A stretch of 64,000 nucleotides of DNA from assembly GCF_964204865.1 (NCBI RefSeq), contig NC_135259.1:12648001-12712000 (forward strand), given 5' to 3'. The notes under the pieces were generated by a model that saw only the letters and a list, made by a program, of their open reading frames with translations, had not been told where the DNA came from and did no database searches. This stretch comes from Styela clava. Lineage: Eukaryota. Below are positions 13,284 through 27,846 of this stretch, piece after piece (the stretch's first letter is position 1; every line of letters starts with the position of its first letter). The position numbers and the translations under genes were made by a program.

Positions 13284-14482
13284 ACATACAAGAATGTTCC
13301 ATAACAAGCAATGTGTATCTATGTTGTTGAGTAAAAACCAATGTAGTTTGGAAACGATGTCGATATATTTAAATTAAAAAAAAAAACATGAAAAGGGCTC
13401 TTCTGAGCAATTCAGTTTTCTAAAAGATTTTCTAAAATATCCCAAATCAGGAATAGAAATATATGTTATTTTTATATTAAAGAACATTAAATTTAGAAAA
13501 TTATGCGCATCCATATTAGTTTAAAAGATACAAAACAAGAAATGCCGATACCTATAAAGAAAAAATACATTAAAGCGTTTCTAAGCTATTCAGTGAGGCA
13601 TTCAGCGATTTTCTTAATTATCCCACACTGAAAGTAAAAATATTTTCATTGCATCTTGAAGAAATTAAATTTGCTTATTTTTAAAATGTAGAAATTAATT
13701 CGTATCCACATTAAGTTAAAAGATATAAAGCAGAGAATGTCGATACGTAAAGGAAAAAAGGGCGTTAAAAATATCCCACATTGGGAATATTTTTATTTTA
13801 TTTTAAAGTACATTAAACTCACTTATTTTTGGAATGTAGAAATTAATGCGTATAAACATGCTTCCTCACCCCAGTACTATTAAAACGTACTTTAGCGGAG
13901 TAACCCCACCGACTCCTCCAGAGGTCAAAAAGCACAGATAGATTGTGACGCCAAATATTCGTAGGCTATATTGCAAGGTTGCACAATCAAGTTGATCCAA
14001 ATACCAGATAACGATATACACTCTTAAAACCTTAGGGCAAGTATATATGATGAAACCAAATGTCTACCTAACACAGAACGATAAAACAAGGGCGATCAAC
14101 ACTTGAGCTAGGATAATACGTCATCAATTACGTATAAAACGTTGCACAAAAATATCATAGAAGGAAATAAAATCGGGCAACGACTTGGTTTCAGGCAAAT
14201 TACATTCACTATTAACAATAAGTGGTTAAAAGCATTGAAATAAACAGTAACTATACTTATGTACTTGCTACTATTTGAACACAGAAGAACCTTATTCGGA
14301 ACACGTTCTTTTGTCTTATTATTGTGGTGCCCATGAACGATGGATGCTTCTATTTAGGTTAGCAGGAACCTTGTTGCAAGTAAAATTTTTCCAATTGTTA
14401 AATTTTTCACGTAATTTCCTGTGTAATTTCTTCCACTGTAATTTCGAGCTCTGATCACCAAGGTTGAATCATTGATGTACAT

Positions 14483-15511
14483 CAGGCCTGCACAACTCAA
14501 ATTACCACGAGGTCCGCAAGCATAAATCTGAAGGCCCGGCGGGCCGCAAACTTTGCCACATACAAATTTCACAAGATGAACTACAAATCAAAAAATTTTT
14601 GTGAAACAGTCAAATTTAATGAAACACTTTCATTACTGGGGAGCTTAAAAATATGAAGAATCTTATTTTCTTGAGTAAAAACAAGGTACAGTATTTTTGC
14701 ATATGAGATGGCAAATATGTATTTAGTGGTTCATCTACCTTGGAAACCCACCCTTCATTTTCAATATTTCTTTTTTATTAGAATTAGGTATTGCGTGTTG
14801 CAGTATAAACTTGCTGCAGGAAAATATTTTACTCAGGTTCAGTTTTGTAAAATCGTCCAAATATATGTATGACAATTTATTTAGTAATATCTACCATCAT
14901 TGGATATTTCCATTGTAGGCTAGACAAACAATCCGTTTAGTAGCAATAGATCTTCCTTTGTTGTACTTTTTTGACTGTTAAATTACATTTTTCTACAAAA
15001 TCTGCTCCAATTTATTTGAAATTTTACAGTAAATAGCAATATCTTTTGTGCGAGTATTTCTGCACCATTCATAAATGAAGGAATGTTTTTTAAGTTCTAA
15101 ATTTGAATCAAAAAGAAACTTCAGTTTCATGAACTGCTTGTAAAAAATAATGGGGTTATTAATAGGTTGCTAATATGCACTAATGGGTGTGAGATGGAAT
15201 ATACCGATATTGTTTTAAGCGTGATTCAGTCTGAATACTGAGATATCCAAATCAGGGTTTCTCAAACTGGGGGGCGAGAGGTCGAACGACGAATTTTAGG
15301 GGTCGCGAAGGGCACACCAATTTCACACAAAGTTCGAAATTTATTGAAACTAGTGCAAATCATAAATCTCACGATTTCGAATATGATCGGAGTAGCGGCA
15401 CGCTTGCATAACAATGCCGGCGTTGATTGTTAGACCCGAGAAGTGGCGTGTTTCCAAATCACCCGCGGGCCGCACAGAAGTATCTAGCGGGCCGTATGTT
15501 GTGCAGGCCTG
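14483..15511. mobile_element. Non-autonomous hAT element, 1029 bp
   Basis: 14-bp TIR caggcctgcacaac / gttgtgcaggcctg; perfect 8-bp TSD atgtacat (14475-14482, 15512-15519); contains another hAT-like end (cagggtttctcaaact) at ~15253. Confidence 0.9.
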
Positions 15512-16142
15512 ATGTACATAGAAGGATATTATTTATTATTCATTGCTGTACATAGAAGCATATTATAAAGGGACATGCGGCGTTGCGCTGCCGTTTTTAG
15601 GTTTGAAAATGCGCACAAGTTCAGTGTGAAAATTGAAAATATACCACGTTATTAGTGGCAACACACTTCAGGTTCAGATTACTCTGATTACTCTACGGGT
15701 GTTCAAGGGAAGTAAGTAAGGTGAGCGAGCAATAGCAGCAATAGTAGCAAAGATGAAAAGGAAATAAAAAACAACGTAGGTAACGAAAATGTGAGCCCGC
15801 CACTGGCCAGCCAAGGAAAGTAGAGATATATGGAGAGGAAATAGAGATAAGCTAGGCCGGCGTCAGGAAGGGCGTTAGAAATTAGGAAAATGGCGCAAGC
15901 CAGCGTCGCCTGCAGCAGGTCAGCCAGTCAATGAAAAAATAAGGTAAAAGAGTGAGAGGAAATGGAAAAAACGTCTATGTGGATCCAGCTATCCAAATGT
16001 GAGCCAAAGATGCTAGCCAAAGAAGAAAGTGAAGAAGATAAAACAAATAAAAACAAGGGCGCTCCTCCATTCAGATAAGGGTAAAAGAAGTGAGGTAGAT
16101 AGAAAAGCGTAGAAGAAAAGAGTCCAGCGAATATCAAGAGCT

Positions 16143-16764
16143 CTCTCGATCAAGAAAAAAAAATGGAGGGAAAGTAGTAGCGAAGGAGCAGCAGCGAAAG
16201 TGGGAGAGGAAAGTTGTTCTTAAAGCGCGGGACAAGGAAAATCCAAGCAGTTTCAATTTGAATGAAAATGGGAAATTATCTGTCTCACTTTGAGAAACCA
16301 TATTAAAGACCCTGTGTTAATCATATATGAAGAATAAATGACATAAATCCCCTGATTATACCCAATCTAAAAAACAAAACAATATGATAAGGGCGAAACC
16401 GTACTCGACTTACTACGGGAATGTTTGTCTATCTCGATCAAAAAAAAAATAGAGGGAAAGAAGATGTGAGCAAGCGAAAATACAAACCAGCAAGAACATC
16501 TAACTAGTAGCGAAGGAGCAGCAGCGAAAGTGGGAAGAGAAAAAGTGTTCTTGAAGCGCGGGACAAAGAAAATCGCAAGGAGTTTCAATTTAAATAAAAT
16601 GGGAATATCATTTGTCTCACTTTGAGAAACTACATGAAATACCCTGTGTTAATAATATTATATGGAGAAAAAACAACATATATCCCCTGATGATACCGAA
16701 TCTAAGAAACAAAACAATATGATGAGGCAAAACCGTACTCGACTTACTACGGGAATGTTTGTCT
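16143..16764 (+). repeat. Two imperfect ~290-330-bp tandem copies just upstream of orphan gene B
   Basis: tctcgatcaa...tagtagcgaaggagcagcagcgaaagtggga...ccgtactcgacttactacgggaatgtttgtcta occurs twice (~16145-16431 and ~16432-16764). Only part of the second copy is present in unit A (from ~4693). Confidence 0.85.
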
Positions 16765-16916
16765 ATGACGTCACAAATGGCATTATAATCTGGTGTGCCA
16801 TAACAATGACATGTAATTAAATGACAAATTGTAATTTGAGGAAAATCATTCCTATTTGAGAATCGCAAGCGACCAAATCATTTTTGGAACTTGTATCTTT
16901 CGGGTTTATATTGCTT

Positions 16917-19610
16917 ATGATTATGGAGGACAATCATAAAATCAAGCTTAGAGCCTGCATCCAGGAGAAGCAGGACAGTCGTCGTCGAGAAAATGGCTCA
17001 TTAAAAAAGATTGCGAAGTTTTTCAGCAAAGTCCGCGCTCGTGAAAATCGAAAGGTTAGAATTAATTAAATCACTACAAGCATTTTTTTTTTATAGGCAA
17101 AAGTTTTTTGAACATTAGGATAATGTACTATCATTAGTTGCAACTAACAAACAGTGCGTTTGTTACCAATGCCCGATACCATTAAATTTCATTGCTATTT
17201 GTACTTCGACATCCACCACTTTGTCGCTTGATGCTTCCTTCAAATTAGCGTTTTTGGATTTCGGTGGTTGCAAATATTCTGCTTTGTTGATCTAATTTTT
17301 CATTATAGGCTATTAATACTATTGTACTTGTGTATAATAGTTTTTTCCATCGGTAACGATTCAATATCGCGCAACAATAACGGTTTCTGCAAAATCCAAT
17401 TGAGCATATACTTTTAATTAATCAGATCTTAAAATGAACCCGATTGCTAAATTGAATTTCTGACAGGCATAATTTAGTCATTGATTGAATGACCTAAATA
17501 TCATTTTTCTTCAGTTTTCCCCGTGTGTGTAATAGGAATAGGACCACAATGCATAAAAACTATATATACATGCTTTCTGAATTGTACAGATTGCTTCACT
17601 ACTTCTTCAGGCCAAGTCGAAGACAAAACATTTTTCACACCGGTGTGGAAGACTACTACGAAAGGTAGGATGATATAGATATTGGTGTGATGATTATACA
17701 ATAGTTGCAATATCAATATTACATTACTACATTTCATTTAGATTTTTCTTTGCTGCCCATCGAACGAGTTAGATGACGACTTTCTTTCGACATTGAACGG
17801 TCCAAATGTTCCTGGACCTTCTGCCCGCAATGCCATTATAAACAAGGATGAAGTATTCAATCCTGATTTCGGGTCACCGAGACGACATCCAAAATCTTTT
17901 GGACAAGATGGCATCTCCCTCGATGACGTTAGTGGATTTGTCGCATTTGACTGCACGTGTATTTTTAACATCCATAATTCTCACCATATAAGCTTTATAC
18001 TACATTTTATTCAGATTTTCCTTTGTCTTCCACCAGACGAGATAGATGTTGGTCTTCTTTTGGCATTGAAAGATCCGAATGTTTCTGGACCTTCTGTTTA
18101 CAAAGGCATTATTGACAAGGATGGCGTATTTATACCTGATTTCGGGTCACCGGGAAGACATCCCAACCTTTTTGGACAAGATGGCATCTCCTTAGATGAC
18201 GTTAGTAGATTTTTTCACATTTGAACTGTAAAACAATATTTGTAGCTTTTAAACATGCGTGTTCGTAGCATCGATATTTAAATACAAGCTTTATACTGTA
18301 AAATTATAATGTTGATACGCATTATAGATAATATTTAAGAGCATTTAGTTAAAATAATCCAATTCAACATGTGTTTTATCTAATTGTACATGATTTTTTC
18401 ACTGTGTTGCACGATTATTTGATTCTTTATTTTTAGTTCTAATTTGGCAGTTTAGCATCCTTAATTAATATTTTAAGTCAATGAACATTTGATAAAGCAG
18501 ACTAATTATTTCACTTTTCAAAGGAAACGCCACCTCTGGAAATCGAAATTCCTTTTGCCAAGTATGCAGAACAAAGACTGTCGTTGGACTGGTGGGATAA
18601 GGTAACCAATAACCTTCGAAAAAAACTAAAATTTAAGAAATGGTCATAATGCGAAAAATGTTACATATCGATAGTTTCACGAAGCTAATAAATGAATATA
18701 CTAGTTCTGGGTTATAACAAAAACCCGCGTCTAGTAGAAAATATGAGAGCAATGCTTGAATATATGATCACGTTCGTGCATCGGTAAGGCTTCGTTCGCC
18801 AGAAATATCCTCGTGACGGACAAGCGTGACGGAATTGGTCAAGCACTATGGAATAAATAGATTTCAAAATGATCAATGAGATTGTGTGTCATCGTCTCTG
18901 ACTGGAATTTTCGTTTTACGGAAGAAAATATGCTTACATATACCCCATTGATAAATAAACTGAAATTTTGTTACGGGGTCGCTTTTTTAAATAAGAATTT
19001 TGCGATATTCTTTATTTTACAAGTTCATAAAATAGTTGTAATAATCTTGATTGCTCAAAATGGATTCAAACGTCTGGCGCATCTTCAATTCTATAATTGA
19101 ATTTATATAAGATTTTTTATGTGACAATGAAAATCAAGTTAAACCTGTGGTACTCACGTATGTGTTTCTTGTAGCATATAAAATATATGTTTATTAATAT
19201 TTTCAGATGGATTCAATGGTGGATGAGAAAGAACGGAAAACGGACATGAAATCGAATCAAACAAATGTTAAAATATTTTTATAGGATCTTCCTGCTGCGA
19301 ATAAAGTGTCAACACAGAGAAAGTATAAATGAAAATAACACATGACTTAATTAATGCAAATTAGTTAATGCAAATTCCAACTTAATTGTCTTAATTATGG
19401 AAACATATATATTTGATCAACAATGTTTGCGTTTGCAAAATCATAGATTACTGATTACAAGATTCTCTAAAACTACTGTTATTATTTTCAAAATATATAT
19501 CTTTAATCTGACAGGATGACGTCAATAATGATGTCCAATTGACGCTCAATCGTCGAATGAAATTCATTGGGAAATTCACGCAAACTCGGAGAGATGTAGG
19601 CGTTTTATGA
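16917..19610 (+). CDS. Orphan multi-exon gene, copy B. Exons 16917-17054, 17590-17664, 17742-17927, 18015-18200, 18524-18601; tentative 19207-19266 and 19515-19610
   Basis: Same exon sizes, phases and splice sites as copy A, open through exon 5. The tentative last exon stops 13 codons earlier (TGA at 19608 where A has CAA). Confidence 0.65.
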
Positions 19611-22065
19611 CGCAATAGCCGTCGTCGAAGCGAACGCCGTCGGATTTGACCAGCAAAGTTCGTTTCTTACACAATACGCAAGTGCACGACGGGCTAATTT
19701 TAAGAAATAAAGGTGTTGGACCGAGAATGGAAACCAAGAGGACACAACACCGGAATGACAAAGACATTTTTTGACTGAATGAATTTCGGTCATGGATGAG
19801 CGTAAAAGAAAACGAACGCAAACTTACCGTACTTGTACTACGTGCATTGACATCTTAGTAGTCATATTGATATTGAAAATATATATATTATATCAATTTT
19901 TTTTGTCTGATTTTATATTGTGCAATACAAAAAAGTTAGATTGCAACAATGCGTAAAATAATTATTTTATGCAAAACGTTGTACCCGGTAAATACCTTAT
20001 TGGTTTTAATAAAAAGTTCGGTTTGGGAAGTCCAGAATATTTTCAGTTCGACAAGTGTTCATGAGATCTTTAAACAGATATGAACCTACTTTTATATTCG
20101 TCTATCCAAGCGCAGTTTTTTCCACCCACGATTTGCAGATGCAAATAATGACACATGGTTTCCAAATCATTACTTCAACCAATCATTTAAAACGATTGTT
20201 TTTCACTATAAAACAAGCCATTTCATAGCCTATGATTTCTCAGTCATTTCATAGGGTTTTGATTTTAATTTTAAAAATGATTGACAACAGACAAAGATAT
20301 ATGTTTCCAGCCTTAAACCTAGAAAAAGAAAGAATAAACAAGGACAGAAAACAAAAGCAAATATAATTTAAACATTACTCAAAATACTAATATGATTTAT
20401 CATTTACAGAAAGAAAAACCAAGCATCTATGCGTACGCGCTGACACTCGCTAGCACTTGAAATTACTTGGTTCTCGGCATACGCTAATCTAATTACTCCT
20501 AAAGAACGGAAATATTATCGTAATAAGTTGCTTAAAAATATAGAAATATTGGACACCTTTCGCACACCTTGCACTTATGTGTTCCAGCAAGCTCTTGAGG
20601 CCACTCGATTAAACCAAATGTCAATTCCTTGATAACCGATGTATGATACCTCAATTACTACTTAAGCATAACCTATGTTTCAGAATTGTCCATCTGGTGA
20701 TTTTACAAGTACTGAACACCTTGTCCGTAAGTATGATAAGTAGGGTATAAGGAAGCAATAGTAATTTAGACACAAAGGAATTATGTAAATAAAAGTATTA
20801 TATATAATAAAAGTATTTGTACCCTCAAAAAAGATTTAAAAACAGAAAATATTTGCGCATGGATGTATTTGGTGTTTCAGTTTTCGGAAAGTTACAAGCA
20901 TATTGAATTGAAGAATGCATAATAAGCAAGAACTAGTTGCTAAATTATCAGCAGACTGATTCTAGCTTTATTTTAGTAATGATATAAATAACATAATTTT
21001 TCTCAAATACCAAAAAAATACGAGAGTTGTATTGACAGATATTTTTTTTTATATTGTACTGTATCGTATTGTATATTGTAAAAGATTCAAACAGAACAAC
21101 ATGATGCGCTTAAATAATCCAACGTGTTGTCGGCGTATTAGTTCCAAATATATTATCAAAAATTTGGTATAGACATATTTTATGAAACCCAAAATATCAT
21201 TCCAATATTATTCAACAATTTATTCCAAAACTCAAACTAGCTTAAACCTATTGAAGGCGAATTATTATGCTGTTGAGAAGATTCGCAAATATTATCTGAG
21301 GAGTTGTCGCCACAAGTAAAAACACTGTCTTCTACCTGTCATACGAACACAATACCACATATAACATTGCTATTTATCACTAAAACCAGTCAGCATTCAT
21401 CTGACAAAACTTCGGATAAGACGGCGCCGGCTGAGAACACGAGAGGAGATTATTATTTTGGGTGAAAGATTTCAAATCACGTAAAACTTGTCACTTGTTT
21501 GTATTGCTTTTCCTTTCTCTGTGTTGTTAATTTCCCCGATTGTATTAAAAGCGAGACACATGTTTGAGAAATGAATTATATAGAAAGATAGTCAGGATAT
21601 GCAGGTTATATAGATTATAAAGTGGTTCCATGTAGGCGGTAACAATATATATATATTTCAGAGCAGAAGTGGTAGATTGTAGATATTTGCAACCTCTTGC
21701 ACAATAAATTCATTTTTCTGTAGTAAATCCCTTCGTAGTCCATTCGTTTGTCGTAAATTTTGTACTATTAGCTTGAAGCATATGTATTTGCAAGAACCGT
21801 CTTTCCAATCAGGGGATTATACGCGCGGTTTTTGTCTACAAGTACAGCTCTCAGACAAAATGGTAGCAGTGAAGTTTTTACCTCGATTTGGAAATGATTG
21901 CCCATTTAGAATATTTCTTGAATTGTATATATCGTAATTCGTTGAATGCAATAAAATGTGTTTTATGCACTGCTATTATAATTTAATGTTCTTATTTCAA
22001 AAAATGCACAGATCTAACGCATTTGATAATACAACTTTTCTGATATTTGTAATCGCTTAAAACAG

Positions 22066-23458
22066 GGACAACTTGCAAACCAGGTGAAACAAGAAAATAA
22101 AATGGCGACGTCTACTCCGGTCAATACGACGCATATTGCCGATATAAAGTTTCCAAATTCGGGCGCTTTCAGACTGAAAATGCCGGCGCCAATTTTTTCT
22201 CCTCGAGACACTTTTTTGCCGAACCAATCAAAACACCAAACAAAGTTTGCTTTGCCTTCCATGCAGAACAGTCTGTATTCGTCTATACTTCAACAATGGT
22301 TAATGCGAAGCGTATTTGAAGGAATACAATCCCCGGGAAGAAATTTAATCTCCCCTTTTCCGTGCACAACAAACTGTGAGAAACCGAACTATTTATTACA
22401 AGATTTGAATGCAAGATATAAAGAACTATTGATAACTCGTCTCAGTGGATCACCCGGGTGTTTGAATTTTGAATCACCGACTCCGTTAATTTCTCCATTT
22501 TTCCCAAACCCAACCAATATAATGCCTAGTTATTCGCAGTTTTCCGGAACTTCGTTTCAAAGCCAAACACACAATCCAGCTCCAGTCCTTGTACACGGAG
22601 CCTTCAAAAACAATGATAGGCCTAGAAATATAACTGAAACATGTAACAGTAAATCACGCGAAGACAATACCCAAGATCTAAATGATCTGCAAAGAAATAA
22701 GTTGGACTTGGTCAACAACAATATTGGCAAAGAACGAAAAAGTCACAAATGTATTTATTGCGGTAAATTATATTCAAGAAAATACGGATTGAAGATCCAC
22801 ATCAGAACTCACACAGGATATAAACCTCTGAAATGTAAAGTAAGTGAATTCTTTCCTCGTGAAGTTTTATATATTGTGCATTTTTAGCAATGAATTTCCA
22901 AGAAAAATTGCTTCAAATTCACACTTTTCTTGGATTTCGGTTTGTTATTTAATATACTCTCGCTCCCCACGACTCCAGAGACCAGAAAAATCAGAAATTT
23001 AAATTTCAGAATAATAATTCATCTTGTCAAATAAAACCAAAAAAATAAAAACGAAAGGAAATTTACAACCATACTTTAAAAAGAGAAGACAAGTGTCTGA
23101 ACGACCGGCTAATATTCAAATTGCTACATCCCCGTTTACTTATTGCTGAATGGCCATTGTTGCGGGTAACAATCAAGAAAGTACAACCTAGTCCTAGACC
23201 CTAGGATAGGGGAAGCATTTATTTATTAGTAAGTTCTGACACTTTCATTGTATTCAGGTGTGTGGTCGACCGTTCGGAGACCCAAGTAATTTGAATAAAC
23301 ATGTTCGACTTCATGCAGAAGGAGACACCCCGTATCGATGCAAGTTCTGTGGTAAAGTGTTGGTCAGAAGACGCGATCTCGATAGACATATCAAATCGAG
23401 GCATTCTCTTTGTGGGAATACCGAAAAAGGATTGTACACAGATAACTGGAAAATATAA
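22066..23458 (+). CDS. PRDM13: PRDM13-like C2H2 zinc-finger transcription factor. Exons 22066 (or ATG 22102)-22839 and 23258-23458; 5' end unresolved
   Basis: Spliced finger array HKCIYCGKLYSRKYGLKIHIRTHTGYKPLKCK|VCGRPFGDPSNLNKHVRLHAEGDTPYRCKFCGKVLVRRRDLDRHIKSRH matches the PRDM13 C-terminal three fingers; donor AAA|gtaagt, acceptor ttcag|GTG. Confidence 0.88.
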
Positions 23459-26170
23459 AATAAGACAATATGATTACATTATTATTGTTCTTTCTATGAA
23501 AACGTTGCGACAATTTTTGTGTAGAAAGTAAAAATAACAGTGCTGTTCAAATTAATTACTTATATCAATATATACATCCCGTATCTCAACAATTGTGAAA
23601 AAGTTTACGGATTTTTGAACGTCAATTGGGCGTAGCATGAAATTTGGAATATATATTATCAACCAAAAATATTTCAATGTAGATAGAATTAACAAGAAAA
23701 TCTTATGTAACGAAAATGAGAACAGTCACTATTCGAGGCAGTTTTGAATAAAAATCTAAAAAAACAGACCAGATAATAACGAAAGCTTATATGTGGCAAT
23801 ATTGTCTTTCAATGTCGGGTACGCTCACTGCCAAAACCCTGTCGGTCTATAGACCGGAAGGATGGGATAAGAATTTTTGAATATTCATAAGAAAACTCCT
23901 CATCTCGGGAATATTTTTTCAGTCACAGCACACTCGTGGTTATGTAAATCACGTTGTGACGTCAATGACTCCAGAAGTCCAACTGTCTTCTCGGACATGA
24001 TCACCCTCTACAGCTTACGCCCTACGGCATTGCTATTTGAATCCTCGGACCTACCCAAGATTATTAGTTTTGCGACAGCCAAGGTGTTCCTAACGCTAAT
24101 GTGGAAGGTTAATCGTCCTCAAATATAGTTGCTTACCACTTTTAGTCGGCAGAAATGAAATCGTACGTCACCACTTAATGTTATAGGAAAATAAGACCTT
24201 GCAGCAATTGCCTTTTGCTTATTTATGCGACCAATCCGACCATTGGGGATCGCCACAAATAATTTTGAAAGTATATAAAGTTTGAAAATGGAATGTAAAT
24301 AGTTTTTCAGAACAACATTTTTTTATGTATGTGATATATTGAATGTATGTAAATTTTGTGTTAAGTATATTTATTTATAGCGTAGATTAAAACAAATTTT
24401 GTGCACTGGAACGTACATTGTTTCTACAATAAGAATTTCGAAAAACGATAATTTAAAACTCGTACTGAATACAGCTCAAATGATAGACTTGAGTTCGGTT
24501 CATGACATATTTTAACATTCTATACGGGTGGGTTAATAGTCCAGATTCACATCTAACAACTTTTTCACAAAGTTTTACCGAAATTCATTCATTCTTAGGA
24601 TAACTTTCAACCGATATCAATTGAGTAATTTTGAGTCATTTTCAGTAATTCAACAATAGCCTTGTACAATAATTCGACCAGTATATAAGCCACCCAACTT
24701 AAAGCCACTCCACATCATAAGCCACTCAACTTAAATTAGCAGCTATTATTAGTAGTTTAAAGAACACTTTTTCCAATGAAGGCAGGTTCATTTGATGTAG
24801 GCAAGCAGATGCTTTTGTACATAAATTAAATTTCTGAAAAAAATGAGAAGAGATCAGTGTCAGACATGTAAACTAATTTTGTGATAGCAAAGAAACTAGC
24901 CTACTTTTGATGAAATGTAGGCCATTTCAGCATCAGAAACAGAGATGCGTTGAATATAATCATTCCTGGTTGAGCACGGGCCATCGGAGGAGATTTTGTT
25001 GTCTTAAAGAAAATTGGATTCCAATTTCTGAGAACCTGGATTTCAGAGCCAAATATTACAAATGCCAGTCTAATTTTACAAGCATAACCTTATTGAAATA
25101 TTGGGTAAAAAAATAATATGTACATTTTAGTGTTCACTGTAATGAAAACCTATTTACATTGCTTACAGCAGCTCGTGATAGTCATTTAGTAAGCAAAGTT
25201 GCCCGTGCATTGCTATCCAAACACACCCGGAGTTAGCGATGTTAATCGACAATTCATTACAAGCCATTCAATTTTCGGCTCACGTGGAAACTCCTGTAGT
25301 AATCACGACGAAGAATTCAGCAACAAAACATTCAGTTGCCGGAGTTGTGATTGATTAAAAAAAATATTTTCAATCAGGACATACCACTAAACTTCAAGAA
25401 TAGTCGTTATGTTTTTTCATACGTTTGAATCAGCTTACAACCCATCCCCTTAAAATATTTCTGAAATTCTTTGGTGGATTTTACTGTGACATTAATACTA
25501 CAAGACAAATAGTGTCCACATAATTTCTTAACTATTTGGAAACAAACTCTTATAACTGATGTTGTTTAAAATAATAAACTTTATCTGAAACATACACTCG
25601 GATGTCTCCACAAATAAAACACACCATTCTTCAACCTGTCATACACAAACAATACATATTATCCTACTTCAATAACCTGTTTGATGTTCTTAGACCTTCG
25701 TGTAACGCGTGCGTAAGTAGATGCCCAGTAGGATTAGACTTTATGATCCACTGATATATCTCATGAGTTGGAATAAGAAATAAATTTTGAAGCGAAGACA
25801 ACAATGTAATATCCTATTAACGTAATATCAAACTGAGTGCCCAATAACGACCTAGCAACCTTCTGTAATCCCCGCCCTTCCACCAGTTGCCTGATATAAT
25901 GTCATGAAACAGTTGAACACCCACCACATAGCTCGGCCGTTCGAGCGTGACTGAACACCGTTTTGGATGAATAGCGATCTGGGAACTTTACATACATGAA
26001 ATATGAGTTTGGTGATTTTGTTAAAATAATTTTTAAGGAATTTGTTGAAATTGTGATTAAATATAGTTTCGTCACGAGGCTTATTGTTTTCCAATTTTGC
26101 TTTCGTAACACTGTAAATATTGTTGATAAAATGTAACTTTTTACGTTATACTTACATGGCCCGCCAGTGT

Positions 26171-26190
26171 GGGGGGGGGGGGGGGGGGGG
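26171..26190 (+). repeat. G20 homopolymer
   Basis: 20 consecutive G in an AT-rich background. Confidence 0.95.
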
Positions 26191-26254
26191 CGTTCTTGGC
26201 CCCTGGTCCGAAAAAAAACTTGCACGATTTTTGGGTCTGGGAAAAAGGTACGAA

Positions 26255-26420
26255 AACTTTAAATTAGAAGTTGCCACAATTAGTTTAGAGAGAACACGTA
26301 CCATAAAATATTTGGGAATAGTCTTGAATGAAAAACTTACTTAGAAAAATCACATAGATTACCTTTCAAAAAACTTTCTCAATCAGTCGAAATGCTATAT
26401 AAATTGAGAAGATTTGTTTT
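26255..26420 (+). mobile_element. Decayed LINE (CR1/L2-like) ORF2 fragment, post-RT region, followed by an hAT-like MITE end (ggttgggaaccactg, ~26463)
   Basis: Translates ISLERTRTIKYLGIVLNEKLT*KNHIDYLS..SVEMLYKLRRFV, matching the KYLG..L...L.W..HI motif with a stop and a frameshift. Confidence 0.7.
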
Positions 26421-27846
26421 GCGTACCGGCACCGATCTCCGGACCGGCGGTTGGGAACCACTGACAAATACGAATCAAACAAATTGTTTTTCACCCCGCG
26501 ATTCCAATCTTCAGCCACGAAGAAATCGCTTAAACAGGGAGGTATTAACGTATGGCAAAGTCTCCTATTCCCCTGTGTATAAAACAGTGTTTCCTAAAAT
26601 TGTTTAATCGCCAATTTAAACAACATTTATTAGCAAAAAATGCTCTGATTCAATCATATGCAAATATCAGTGTATGCTGCAATATTCATACAATGGATAT
26701 ATATGAATTCACTATTATATATATAGCTATGTTTGTGTGAAAATGATCAAAGATGTTATCATATATACTTTAAAAAAATAAAGTGTGTATATATAGCTTT
26801 GGAAATGGGATATTTTTTTCTTACCCCGTGCATATATATAAATTGCCTCATTCTCGAATATTGATTTTTCGTCTAACACAAAATAAATCTAGATTGAGAA
26901 AATTATAATCAGCCTTAGGCCCTTCTTATGCCTTTCTTGTTATTTATTGAGTACTGTTAAGTTGTTAACCAGGCTCAAAACTAAAAAAAAAATTCATTGC
27001 GTTCACGATGCCTGCATCAGAGTGTTTTGTCGTGATACAAAACTTTTCTTAGAGGTCAGTTGACCTCGCGGTCTTACCCGCCCCATTCCGATTATATTTA
27101 TGATTACTGTTCGTTTATTTTTACTGTAATGAGTACTTTAATAAAATATTCGGAAATAAATCATTATCTATCCATCTTTCATAAATGTAATGATAGATTG
27201 TCTCGTGCCTACTCGTCAGTTACACATGACTTCATGCTACGTCATACATCACATGATGCAAATAAAAAAAGACGGAACATCTTATGAGGCCAGTTTCCTA
27301 TACTTCTACAATCGCCAGATCGCTGTTATATCATATTACTGTATTACTTTCAGTGTTCATACTTTCAGAGACTTGGTGTTCGCAATAGTTTAGCTATAGA
27401 TTTTAATCAGTCAAACTATTCCAACTTGTTAAAATAACAGTAAATGAAAAGACATGGCTTAGAACAGTACCGGTACCGTACGAGAGGCCGTCGTTCGCTA
27501 AGCATTGCTAAGCCATCTTATCGGCTTTCTTCTTCCACGGAATAAATATGTAAATCCTGTCCTGTACTTGATTTTTATAGTATCAGGAATTTATTAGATA
27601 TCAAATTATATTATCTATGAGGTTTCAAATTTTTGAATGAAAAATATTTCAATTTAATCCTAAATCACTAATTTATTATTTCAATCACAAATTTCAGAAT
27701 GTATTTGAGTATCTGATTCGTTTTGAACTTCCTTAGTTTCAACTTTTTCATACAAACATGCTTTAACTCAGCTTGGAACTACTGAACTAATGCACTTTTC
27801 TTCTGCACTTGACAGTTCACTGGCTTTAAGTAAATTATAAACAAAG

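Larger units (their letters stand above)
10274..20290. repeat. Tandem segmental duplication, unit B
   Basis: Direct copy of unit A with scattered substitutions and large indels. Extra in B: 12794-13283 and ~15160-16505. Missing in B: A ~24-79, ~3425-3668 and ~8207-8549. Confidence 0.95.
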
